Origin: Flavobacteriales bacterium | Lineage (GTDB): Bacteria; Bacteroidota; Bacteroidia; Flavobacteriales_F; PHOS-HE28 | Direction of reading: 5' to 3' | DNA: 64,000 nucleotides | Assembly: GCA_016788485.1 (NCBI GenBank) | Contig: JAEUSV010000120.1 | Coordinates: 53,744 to 117,743, forward strand | In this document: piece by piece, positions 8,681 through 17,131 of the stretch | Position numbering within the stretch: the first letter of the stretch is position 1 | Layout: each line of letters begins with the position of its first letter | Notes under the pieces: model-generated | What the model was told of the DNA's origin: nothing | The model's input: the letters and a program-made list of their open reading frames with translations, nothing else | The model's database searches: none | Program-made: the position numbers and the translations under genes

Positions 8681-9205
8681 TTACTGTTCCAGCCACTTGA
8701 AGGAACCCAGGATCGCCTCTGCGATGTAGAGGGTGTCGTCCCAGGCATCGCGATGGGACGTGAACGTGACCAGATAGGCGCGACCACCACGCAGCCGCAC
8801 CTCCTGCTTGAAATGCAGCGGCAGGTCGTTCAAGGTGGCGGTGTATTCGAAGGTGTGGTATTCGCCGGTGCTGTTGCGTTGCGTGGCCGAGTGGATCAAT
8901 GCTCCTTTCACATCACGCACCTGTTGCTCGGTAAGGGCGATGTAGGCGGGCAGGTCCATGTCGCCGGTGGGCTGTACCAGCAGGTTCACATTCTCGCGGA
9001 ACACGTCCCCGCTGTCCAACGGGCTCAGGAAACCCACCACCATGCCCTTGTCGCGATCAACGTCCACCGTCCATGCTGTGGGATGGGAGAGGGCCACGCC
9101 TTCGCCCTTCCACGTGGTCCAGGCCGGGGCCTTGGTGGTGGTGTCCTGGGCTAGGCACACCAGGGTGAACAGGGAGACCGGAACGAGCAGAAGGCCGCGG
9201 AGCAT
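8681..9205 (-). CDS. secreted hypothetical protein
   Basis: The 174-aa ORF has a signal peptide (MLRGLLLVPVSLFTLVCLAQ). No recognisable catalytic motif was seen. Confidence 0.45.
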   Translation of the reverse strand: MLRGLLLVPVSLFTLVCLAQDTTTKAPAWTTWKGEGVALSHPTAWTVDVDRDKGMVVGFLSPLDSGDVFRENVNLLVQPTGDMDLPAYIALTEQQVRDVKGALIHSATQRNSTGEYHTFEYTATLNDLPLHFKQEVRLRGGRAYLVTFTSHRDAWDDTLYIAEAILGSFKWLEQ

Positions 9206-9343
9206 GACAGCAAGGTTGCTGCGAAGATGCGGAACCCGGAACGAAGCGGATAATGCTATTCACATCGACCTGTTGATCGATCGTCGCAGGAAAGCCCTCC
9301 GGACGCTTTGATCACGATCGGCGCGGGGATACGTTTGCCGCCG

Positions 9344-9889
9344 ATGCGAAAAGCCTTGATCGTCGCGGTGTTGGTCGGCCTGCAGCTGCCGGCGGCCGCG
9401 TTCAGCCTGAAGGTGAAGGGGGTGGTCACCGACTACCTCACCGGGCAGACCATGGAGCATGTGCTCGTGCGTGTGTACAAGGACGGGGCGAAGGTGTCCA
9501 CCGCGGAGACCGGTGCCATGGGCCACTACGCCGTGGAGTTGGAGAACAACCACGCATACGTGCTTCGCTTCAGCGGTCCCGGCCTTGTCACCAAGTGCTT
9601 CACCGTGGACACGCACGGCATGGAATGGGTGGGCGACGAACGCCGCAAGGAGCTGGAGGTGGAGATGACCATGCTGGAGCGCACCACGGCCATGGACCTC
9701 AGCCTCTTCGACATGCCCATGGGACGGGCCTCCTTCGAGCCGGCCACCGGGTTGGTGAGCTGGGATACCGATTACGACCGCACGCTGCGCCCCCAGGTGG
9801 AGGGCCTCATGAACGAGTATCAACGCCTGATGACCGCACAGGCGAGCGCCGCCGCCCCCCGCGAAGAGCGGACTGACGAACGACGCTGA
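9344..9889 (+). CDS. secreted protein, paralog D of the CarbopepD_reg/SWD-Y family
   Basis: The start was re-picked at MRKALIVAVLVGLQLPAAA. It has the same module order as A and B (VKGVVTDYLTGQTMEHVLVRVYKDG...GLVTKCFTVDT...LSLFDMPMGRASFEPATGLVSWDTDYDRTLRPQVEGLM). Confidence 0.6.
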   Translation: MRKALIVAVLVGLQLPAAAFSLKVKGVVTDYLTGQTMEHVLVRVYKDGAKVSTAETGAMGHYAVELENNHAYVLRFSGPGLVTKCFTVDTHGMEWVGDERRKELEVEMTMLERTTAMDLSLFDMPMGRASFEPATGLVSWDTDYDRTLRPQVEGLMNEYQRLMTAQASAAAPREERTDERR

Positions 9890-9958
9890 CAAGTTGGGTT
9901 GATGGGAACCACGGCCGCCGGCACCTACGGGTGTTGGTGGCCGCGGTGCTTTAGGGCC

Positions 9959-11995
9959 CTACCGGAGCACGGCCGCACGCCCCACCAAGCGCCGCCCTTC
10001 GCTGAGCGCTTCAATGGTCAGCACACCGGATGCGGCACCGCGGATCGGCAGCGTGGACCGATCACCTGTGGTACGGGAGGCGGCCAGCAGCGCGCCCTGC
10101 GCATCGAACACGCGGATCTCCCAAGGACCAACACCGGGCATCGCCACCACCAGCTGGTCGCCGATCACCGCACAGGTGAGCCCGTTCGTGGCAGCAAGGG
10201 AAGTGATGCCCGTGGCCGGGAACACATCCACCTGCTGCCACACCGTGTCCGTACCGCAGTCGTTGCCCACGATCAGGCCCACCACATAGTGGCCGTACTC
10301 GCCGAAGTCATGCGTGATCGAGTCGCCCGAGGCGATGGAGCTGCCGAGCAGCCAGGTGTTCCAGTCGGCGTTGGCGCTCGTATCGGTCAGCACCACCGTG
10401 GTGGAACCCGGCGGGTCCTGTGCCCAGGTGAAGTCCGCCACCGGCGGATCGCCGCCCCCGATGTGGATGGTGTCCGTGCGGGTGCAGCAGGCCACGGTCA
10501 CCTGCACCCAGTAGGTGCCGGTGTCGCCCAGCAGGGTCTGGCCGGTGCTGCCATCGCTCCACAGGTAGCTGGCGCCCGGGTTGCCGGCGTCGAGCAGCAC
10601 CGGGTCGCAGCTAGTGGTGTCGGGGCCCAGGTCGACCGCGGTGGCACAAGCATCCGTGATGCCGGAAACGCCAGCGCCCGCAGTGGGCAGCAGCGTGAAG
10701 CTGACCGGCGTGTAGATGGGTTGCATGTCGTAGGCCACAGGCGGAACGCTTGCTGTGGTGACGACCAGGTCGTTGGTCGCATGGCACGGAATGGTACCGT
10801 CGGCCTCGGCCCGCAGGAGCACCAGGTCCTCGTTGTTGAGGCTGTCCAGCGATCGTCCGGCCAGCCAGAAGTGGTCGTCCTCCAACACCAGGTTGGGAGC
10901 GATGCTGATCGGGCCTTCCTCGTTGGACAGTGCGCCATAGCTGCGGGCCCAGAGCAGCGTGCCCCCGCGGGACACCTCCATGGCGAAGAGGCCGCGATCA
11001 CCGCCGCCGATGGTGGCGCCCACCAGCAGGTAGCCCTGTGCCGTGGCCGCCACCGTGGTGGTCATCTCGATGTTGGATCCGGCGATATCGTACATACGGG
11101 CCCAGGCGATGGTGCCATTGCTGTCCAGTCGTGCCAGGCCGGCCCTGTAGTTGACGCTGCCCCCGCTCGGGTTCCCGAAGAACGACAGGGTGAGCGAGTC
11201 GTCATGGGCGATGACGTCGCTGCCGTACATGTTGGCCGCCACGTTGTTCGAGAAGAAGAGGTACTTCGACCAGAGGTGCGAGCCCAGCATGTCGTAGTGC
11301 GCGAGGGCCACCCGGCAGGTGCTCACCGAACTTCCGTCCGTGTACAGATAGCCCGTGGCATAATGACCGTTGCCGAGCGTGGTGGCCCCGCCGAGGTCAT
11401 CGATGTAGGGCAGGGGGGTGTATTGGTTGATCTTGGGGGAGAGCCACAGGATGTCGCCGGTGAGCGGATCGATCCGGGCGGTGAGCAGATCCGCCCACGT
11501 GCTGTTGCCCAGCGGGTAGGCACCACCGAACAGCAGGTACTCACCGTTCGGCAGCGGGATGATCCTTCGGGCGAAGAGCGGTTCGGTGTGGTCGGTCATC
11601 CGCAGCCATACCAGGTTGCCGTTCAGGTCCAGCTTGAAGTGGAACGCATCGTCGTACCGGTGCGGCGTCACGTAGGTGATGCCGCTGCCGCAGCCGATGA
11701 GGTGACCGTCGGTGGTGGTGGTGAGGTGCCATACGATCGCCTCCAGGTTGCCCGGCTTGAAGGCCCGGGTCCAGAGCACCTGCCCCAAGGTGTCGATGCG
11801 TTGCACGAAGGCACTGTCGCCGAGGGTTCCACCAATGAAGAGTTCTCCACCCGCCGCGCGGTGCATGGCGTGGCCGCGTTCCAGGCGTCCGGGATCGCCG
11901 ATCTGCCGATAGAACGATTGGGCGTTCGCGCCCCAGGTGATCAGCAGGGTCGCGATGCCGCAGAGGTTCCTGATAATGTCCATCCGTTCGATCAT
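9959..11995 (-). CDS. T9SS-sorted secreted protein: beta-propeller-like LW repeats, a PKD-like domain and a Por-type C-terminal sorting domain
   Basis: The 678-aa ORF starts with a signal peptide. It has six or more ~45-aa repeats ending in (V/I)LW(T/S/A)R (GQVLWTRAF, GNLVWLRMT, GTIAWARMY, GTLLWARSY). A PKD-like segment follows (FTWAQDPPGSTTVVLTDTS...GEYGHYVVGLIVGNDCGTDTV). The C-terminal ~80 aa (LVVAMPGVGPWEIRVFDAQGALL...GVLTIEA...) resemble a T9SS C-terminal domain. Confidence 0.7.
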   Translation of the reverse strand: MIERMDIIRNLCGIATLLITWGANAQSFYRQIGDPGRLERGHAMHRAAGGELFIGGTLGDSAFVQRIDTLGQVLWTRAFKPGNLEAIVWHLTTTTDGHLIGCGSGITYVTPHRYDDAFHFKLDLNGNLVWLRMTDHTEPLFARRIIPLPNGEYLLFGGAYPLGNSTWADLLTARIDPLTGDILWLSPKINQYTPLPYIDDLGGATTLGNGHYATGYLYTDGSSVSTCRVALAHYDMLGSHLWSKYLFFSNNVAANMYGSDVIAHDDSLTLSFFGNPSGGSVNYRAGLARLDSNGTIAWARMYDIAGSNIEMTTTVAATAQGYLLVGATIGGGDRGLFAMEVSRGGTLLWARSYGALSNEEGPISIAPNLVLEDDHFWLAGRSLDSLNNEDLVLLRAEADGTIPCHATNDLVVTTASVPPVAYDMQPIYTPVSFTLLPTAGAGVSGITDACATAVDLGPDTTSCDPVLLDAGNPGASYLWSDGSTGQTLLGDTGTYWVQVTVACCTRTDTIHIGGGDPPVADFTWAQDPPGSTTVVLTDTSANADWNTWLLGSSIASGDSITHDFGEYGHYVVGLIVGNDCGTDTVWQQVDVFPATGITSLAATNGLTCAVIGDQLVVAMPGVGPWEIRVFDAQGALLAASRTTGDRSTLPIRGAASGVLTIEALSEGRRLVGRAAVLR
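10215..10700. repeat. Near-identical ~480-bp block (copy 1) shared between the two tandem T9SS cargo genes
   Basis: Reading the two stretches side by side gives roughly 90+% nucleotide identity against 12255-12740. The rest of the two genes is only ~50-60% identical at protein level. Coordinates are approximate. Confidence 0.6.
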
Positions 11996-11998
11996 GGT

Positions 11999-14014
11999 TC
12001 AGGGACGGTGATAGGTGCGACCCACAGCGATGCCTTGGCCGTTGCTGGCCACCAGGAAGTAGATACCGGCGGCGTGATCGGCCATTGGTACATGCGCTCG
12101 ACCGTTGCTTCCGGTGTGCCGCTGCACGAGCAGGCCATTGCCGTTGTACACGTCAAGATGCCATGTGCCCTGGCCCGGCAACATCACCAGGATGCCCCCG
12201 GCCTCAGGGATGCAGGTGAGCCGGTGCCCCATCACCTGCGGAACACCCATGGCCGGGAACACGTCCACCTGCTGCCACACCGTGTCGGTTCCGCAGTCGT
12301 TGCCGACGATCAGGCCCACCACATAGTGTCCGTACTCGCCGAAGTCGTACGCAAGGGAGTCGGCCGAGGCGATGGAGCTTCCCAGCAGCCAGGTGTTCCA
12401 GTTGGCGTTGGCGCTGGTATCGGTCAGTGCCACCGTGGTGGATCCCGGCGGGTCCTGCGTCCAGGTGAAGCCCGCCACCGGTGGATCGCCGCCGCCGATG
12501 TGGATGGTGTCCGTGCGCGTGCAGCAGTCCACGGTCACCTGCACCCAGTAGGTGCCGGTGTCGGCCTGAAGTGTCTGGCCGGTGCTGCCATCGCTCCACA
12601 GGTAGCTGGCGCCCGGGTTGCCGGCGTCGAGCAGCAGCGGGTCGCAGCTGGTGGTGTCGGGGCCCAGGTCGACCGTTACGGCAGCGCAGGCCTCGGTGAT
12701 GCTGGAACCGGCCGAAGGCTGGGTGCTGCCCAGTGCGATGGTCAAGGGCGATGTGGACCAGGTGGAGGGGTAGGAGGTGGTGGGCAGCACAGTGGTGTTG
12801 AACGGGCTCAACGGCGTGGCGGCACAGCCTATGGTGCCGTCCGGCGCCAGCCGGATGAGGAGCTCGTTCTCGTCGTTCGTGTACTTGCGGCGGCCCACCA
12901 TCATCAGCTCATTGCCGTCGATGAGCATGTTGGGCGCATAATGGTAGGCCAGACCTTCCTCCACGATGTTGTTCCCATACGAGCGCGCCCACAGGAGCGT
13001 GCCTTCGCGCGACACCTCCAGCAGAAAGAAGTCCTTAGGCCCGGTATCGAAGCCATAACCGCTAACCAGGTAGCCATTGGCCGTGGCCACGATGCTGGAG
13101 GCATACTCGGAGGTTTGGGTAGCGAAGTCGTATACCCGCCCCCAGGCCACGTTGCCCGCCGTGTCGAGGCGGGCCACCCCCACCCTGTACACGCCGCTCG
13201 ACCCGGTGATGTTGCCGAAGAAGGCGATGGTCAGCGAGTCGTCGTGCGCGATGATGTCCGATCCGTACATCCTGCGGTCGGCGCTGTTCGGGTAGAACAG
13301 GTAGCGGGTCCACGCGAGCGCGCCGAGGCTGTCGTACCGGCTCACGTAGACCCGGCAGGTCGAGACGGACGCGCCGTTGGTGAAGATGCGTCCGGTGGCG
13401 TAATGCGCACCGCTCAGTTCGGCCGTGCTCGCGATATCGTCGATGTAGGGCACTGGCGCATACAGGTCGTAGAGGTCGGAATGCGCGGTCACATCACCGG
13501 TGGCCGCATCGATCTGCGCGGTGAACACGTCGGCGAAGGTGGATGAGCCCAGGTCGTACACATCGGCGAAGAGCAGGTAGCTGTTGGCGGACATGGGCAC
13601 GATGCGTTTGGAGTACACGGGCCGCGTGTCGACCCACCCCCGTACCCACAGCACGTTGCCCAGCGGGTCGATCTTGAAGTGGAACCCGTCGCGCAGGGCC
13701 ACACTACCAGTGGACATGCCGTTGCCGCAGCCGATGAGGAACCCGTCCGGTGTGCTGTTCAGGTGCATCACCAGGCACGGGTAGGTGGTGCTCGGCTTGA
13801 AGGCCCTCGACCACAGCACCTCACCGTTGGCGCCGATGCGCTGCACCAGGGCGCTGTCGCCCACCGAGCCCCCCACATACAGCTCGCCGGTGGGCGTACG
13901 GTGGATGGTCTGTCCACGCTCGACCCGCCCGGGTGAGCCGTGCTCCAGGAGATAGGTCTGGGCTGGCGCCACCACGGGCACCAGCAGCAGCATGAGCGGA
14001 AGCAGGATCTTCAT
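11999..14014 (-). CDS. T9SS-sorted secreted protein, tandem paralog of 9959-11995
   Basis: The start was re-picked at MKILLPLMLLLVPVVAPAQ. It has the same architecture as its neighbour, and its PKD-like segment is about 92% identical to the neighbour's at nucleotide level. The C-terminus (ILVMLPGQGTWHLDVYNGNGLLV...GIYFLVA...) is T9SS-CTD-like. The two genes are separated by only 3 nt. Confidence 0.7.
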   Translation of the reverse strand: MKILLPLMLLLVPVVAPAQTYLLEHGSPGRVERGQTIHRTPTGELYVGGSVGDSALVQRIGANGEVLWSRAFKPSTTYPCLVMHLNSTPDGFLIGCGNGMSTGSVALRDGFHFKIDPLGNVLWVRGWVDTRPVYSKRIVPMSANSYLLFADVYDLGSSTFADVFTAQIDAATGDVTAHSDLYDLYAPVPYIDDIASTAELSGAHYATGRIFTNGASVSTCRVYVSRYDSLGALAWTRYLFYPNSADRRMYGSDIIAHDDSLTIAFFGNITGSSGVYRVGVARLDTAGNVAWGRVYDFATQTSEYASSIVATANGYLVSGYGFDTGPKDFFLLEVSREGTLLWARSYGNNIVEEGLAYHYAPNMLIDGNELMMVGRRKYTNDENELLIRLAPDGTIGCAATPLSPFNTTVLPTTSYPSTWSTSPLTIALGSTQPSAGSSITEACAAVTVDLGPDTTSCDPLLLDAGNPGASYLWSDGSTGQTLQADTGTYWVQVTVDCCTRTDTIHIGGGDPPVAGFTWTQDPPGSTTVALTDTSANANWNTWLLGSSIASADSLAYDFGEYGHYVVGLIVGNDCGTDTVWQQVDVFPAMGVPQVMGHRLTCIPEAGGILVMLPGQGTWHLDVYNGNGLLVQRHTGSNGRAHVPMADHAAGIYFLVASNGQGIAVGRTYHRP
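12255..12740. repeat. Near-identical ~480-bp block (copy 2), partner of 10215-10700
   Basis: See copy 1. The same block encodes CDP(V/L)LLDAGNPGASYLWSDGSTGQTL...TYWVQVTV...CCTRTDTIHIGGGDPPVA in both genes. Confidence 0.6.
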
Positions 14015-14141
14015 GATCGGGAAGGGGTGGACCACCAATTTACCGGTCGTCTTGTTGACAGGATGCACTTGTTAATTCCGTGCTAAAGACGGGGAAGGGG
14101 CCGAACGGCTGCCTCTATCTTCGGCCACCACCCTGCATACC

Positions 14142-15509
14142 ATGCGCTACCTGCTCTTCCTCTGCCGCGTCCTGGTCGGCGCCACCTTCATCGTCTCGGG
14201 CCTGGTGAAGGCCAACGACCCGCTCGGCTTCAGCTACAAGCTCGAGGAGTACTTCGCCGAGAGCGCGCTCAACTGGCCGGCGCTGGATCCCTGGGCCCTC
14301 ACGCTGGCCATGCTCGCCTGCCTCGGCGAGATCGTGCTCGGCTTCGCCATCCTGGTGGGCGGCCGCATGCGCCTGGCCACCACCGCCACCCTCATCCTCA
14401 CCCTCTTCTTCGGCTGGCTCACCGCCTACACCGACCAGTGCAACCAGCGCCAGAAGGCCGGCGAGAAGATGACCTACACCGTGGTGGTGAACGGCAAGGA
14501 GGAGGTGCGCGACAAGACCTGCGTCACCGATTGCGGCTGCTTCGGCGATGCCATGAAGGGGTCCATCGGCCGCAGCCTCACCCCGCGCGAGAGCTTCTAC
14601 AAGGACCTCATCCTCTTCATCTTCCTGCTGCCCGTGTTCATCGCCAGCTGGCGCAAACCCGGCATCGCGTTCAACACGGCAGGTGACGACCTGCTCTTGC
14701 TGCCCCTCGGCCTGGTGGTGGTGGGCGTATGGAGCTGGGTCTTCGGCTGGAGCTTCTACCTCTGGTTCACCGTGGTGGGGCTGGCGGGCTACCTGCTCAT
14801 CAAGCGTTCCGTGGCCGGAGTGAAGGGCGAGTGGGCCACCGCCGGGCTCGTGTCGGTGCTCAGTGCCGTGTTCATGTGGTGGTGCCTCAACCACCTGCCC
14901 ATGAAGGACTACCGTCCCTTCGCCGTGGGCAAGAGCATCCCCGAAGGCATGGTGGTGCCCCCGGGGGAGAAGCCCGATGTGTACGAGACGGTGCTCACCT
15001 ACAAGAACATGAAGACCGGCGAGCTAAAGGACTTCTCCAGCGCCAACTACCCCTGGCAGGACAGCACCTGGGTGTGGCAGGCCACCGAGAACAAGCTGGT
15101 GCAGGAGGGCTACCACCCGCCCATCCACGACTTCGTGCTCACCGACAAGGACGGGGTCGATGTCACCGAGGGCATCCTGGCCGAGCCCGGCCCCGTGGTG
15201 CTGGTGGTGAGCAAGGACATCACCGAGGCCTCGGCCGCGTGTCAACCCGCCATCAACGCCCTGGCCGACGCCGCCTTCAAGAACGGCTGGTACGTGTACG
15301 GCGTCACCGCCAGCGGCTACGAGCAGATCGAGGAGTTCCGGCATACGCACCAGAACCCCTTCGATTACCTCCGCTGCGACGGCACGGTGCTCAAGACCGT
15401 GATCCGCAGCAACCCCGGCATCGTGCTGCTGCAGCAGGGCACCGTGCGCGGGCAGTGGCACTGCAACGATGTGCCCACCCTGGAGCAAGCGAAGGGGGCG
15501 TTGAAGTAA
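14142..15509 (+). CDS. DoxX-like membrane protein with a C-terminal Cys-containing (thioredoxin-like?) domain
   Basis: The 455-aa ORF has an N-terminus MRYLLFLCRVLVGATFIVSGLVKANDPLGFSYKLEEYF typical of DoxX/BT_3928-like proteins. It has about 6 TM segments. The C-terminal soluble part contains TCVTDCGCFGD and CQPAINALADAAF. Confidence 0.55.
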   Translation: MRYLLFLCRVLVGATFIVSGLVKANDPLGFSYKLEEYFAESALNWPALDPWALTLAMLACLGEIVLGFAILVGGRMRLATTATLILTLFFGWLTAYTDQCNQRQKAGEKMTYTVVVNGKEEVRDKTCVTDCGCFGDAMKGSIGRSLTPRESFYKDLILFIFLLPVFIASWRKPGIAFNTAGDDLLLLPLGLVVVGVWSWVFGWSFYLWFTVVGLAGYLLIKRSVAGVKGEWATAGLVSVLSAVFMWWCLNHLPMKDYRPFAVGKSIPEGMVVPPGEKPDVYETVLTYKNMKTGELKDFSSANYPWQDSTWVWQATENKLVQEGYHPPIHDFVLTDKDGVDVTEGILAEPGPVVLVVSKDITEASAACQPAINALADAAFKNGWYVYGVTASGYEQIEEFRHTHQNPFDYLRCDGTVLKTVIRSNPGIVLLQQGTVRGQWHCNDVPTLEQAKGALK

Positions 15510-15539
15510 TTGGCTGTTCCATGGACCAGCGTGCCGGAT

Positions 15540-16160
15540 CAAGTCTTCAACTCCAGTATTGAGTGACCGAACTTCTGGGAAGCCTACAGTTGCGCAGCCG
15601 ACAATCAGTCAACCTTGGAAGCGGTGGATGATTTTCTTGAGCAGCCCAAACCATGAAACCTCAAAATCGTAGCGCCATTGCACGGTCAGGATTGGATTGG
15701 GTGACCTTCGTGGTCATTTGCTTATCCCTCTTGATATTTTCAGTTGTTTTCATGAGGATCTTCGCTGGTAAGGGCATTTGGATTGGTGTAGTGATGGTGC
15801 CCATTGTTGCTTTGGGTCTTGCCTTACTGGGCGCTAGTTTGATACTTAAGCAGATCGTTCTCTTCAAGGAGTGTTTGGCGATTACTCATTCACTACCATC
15901 ACGTAAGGTCCTAATACCGTACGCGTGTGTTGAGCAAGCTGAGTACTTCCCCCATGTGTTCCGGGGAGGCCTCACCCTAGTCCTGCGCTATCGCAAAGAC
16001 CGAGTATCCCAGCGAGTCCTCGTTTCATTACGCGGCGACTCCGAGTTCTTCGTTGCCAAGCTTGAGGAATCTGGGGTAAGAGTTAAGGTACGCTAGGCCC
16101 TAACCTCGTGCAGGGTCTGCGCCTCGCGACCCTGCGGTCTGTGGCAACAATCCAAGTCTC
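15540..16160. other. Low-GC islet (~0.6 kb) between the DoxX-like gene and tpiA
   Basis: This stretch is visibly AT-richer (around 45% GC by eye) than the flanks. It carries a single ORF (15653-16096). An 8-bp stem hairpin, GCAGGGTC-N10-GACCCTGC, follows the ORF stop at about 16113-16138. Confidence 0.5.
15653..16096 (+). CDS. islet-borne two-TM membrane protein with a possible bacterial PH-like C-terminal domain
   Basis: The 147-aa ORF has two N-terminal hydrophobic helices. A ~70-aa soluble tail follows (VLIPYACVEQAEYFPHVFRGGLTLVLRYRKDRVSQRVLVSLRGDSEFFVAKLEE). Its codon usage is atypical (low GC) for this genome. Confidence 0.4.
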   Translation: MKPQNRSAIARSGLDWVTFVVICLSLLIFSVVFMRIFAGKGIWIGVVMVPIVALGLALLGASLILKQIVLFKECLAITHSLPSRKVLIPYACVEQAEYFPHVFRGGLTLVLRYRKDRVSQRVLVSLRGDSEFFVAKLEESGVRVKVR

Positions 16161-16326
16161 AGGCGAGGAAATGTAAGCCTCCCCATTCTTCGGCCGCCCG
16201 TTCGTAGGTTGGCGCTCCAGTGATCACAATCCCTTGTTGGATCTTGGTCCGGGGCCACAGCAGAAGGCCTGTATCCGGGGCCATCTTTGTCCTCCCACCG
16301 TGCGCACCAGCGGGCGGTGAAAGCGC

Positions 16327-17082
16327 ATGCGAACGATCGTGGCCGGTAACTGGAAGATGCACAAGGACAAGGCGGAGGCCCTGGCCCTGTTGAGTGAATT
16401 GGTGAAGGCGAACGCCGGGCAGCCTGCCGGTGTGGAGGTGGTCGTGTCGCCGCCCTATCCCTTCCTGGACCTTGCCGTGAACGCGGTGAAGGGTTCGGGC
16501 ATCCAGGTGGCGGCGCAGAACTGCCACGCCGCGGCCAGCGGCGCCTTCACCGGCGAGGTGAGCGTGCTCATGCTCAAGAGCCTCGGCGTCACCCATTGCA
16601 TCGTGGGGCACAGCGAGCGACGCCAGTACTTCGGCGAAACGGACGCCCAGGTGGCCGAGAAGCTGCGGACGCTGCTCTTTCACGGCCTCGCCCCGATCTA
16701 TTGCTGCGGCGAGCGGCGCGAGGAGCGCGAGGCCGGGCGCCATTTCCACGTGGTGGAGGCGCAGCTCAACGAGGCGCTCGCCGGGCTCACGGCCGACGAG
16801 CTCGAGCGCTGCATCGTGGCCTACGAACCGGTGTGGGCCATCGGCACCGGCCTCAACGCCACCGCGCAGCAGGCCCAGGATATGCACGCCTTCATCCGCG
16901 GTCTCCTGGCCGACCGGGGCGCTGCTTCGGTGCCCGTGCTCTACGGCGGCAGCTGCAAGCCCGACAACGCCGCCGAGCTCTTCGCCTGCCCCGATGTGAA
17001 CGGTGGGCTCATCGGCGGTGCCTCGCTCGATGCATCACAATTCTCCGCGCTCATCCGCATCGCCCGGGAGCGGAAAGCCTGA
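16327..17082 (+). CDS. tpiA: triosephosphate isomerase
   Basis: The 251-aa ORF reads MRTIVAGNWKMHK...AYEPVWAIGTG...GGS, a full-length TIM. Confidence 0.92.
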   Translation: MRTIVAGNWKMHKDKAEALALLSELVKANAGQPAGVEVVVSPPYPFLDLAVNAVKGSGIQVAAQNCHAAASGAFTGEVSVLMLKSLGVTHCIVGHSERRQYFGETDAQVAEKLRTLLFHGLAPIYCCGERREEREAGRHFHVVEAQLNEALAGLTADELERCIVAYEPVWAIGTGLNATAQQAQDMHAFIRGLLADRGAASVPVLYGGSCKPDNAAELFACPDVNGGLIGGASLDASQFSALIRIARERKA

Positions 17083-17131
17083 TCAGGCTGCCGCAGGATC
17101 CCACCAGTGCATCATACCTATCCGCAGGGCC

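Noticed and set aside
9889-9959. GC-rich imperfect hairpin (CCACGGCCGCC...GGTGGCCGCGG) between convergent genes as a terminator
   Set aside because: The stem has two mismatches, the loop is 16 nt and there is no T-tract. It is not convincing enough to annotate.
10215-12740. The ~480-bp near-identical blocks as a possible IS element or MITE
   Set aside because: Both copies are in frame within homologous positions of paralogous genes and encode a folded domain. There are no terminal inverted repeats or target-site duplications, and no transposase.
9899-13546. 1215-aa + strand ORF covering both T9SS cargo genes
   Set aside because: It is antisense to two genes with clear signal peptides, PKD-like and T9SS CTD domains. 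Its translation is low-complexity G/A/R/V-rich.
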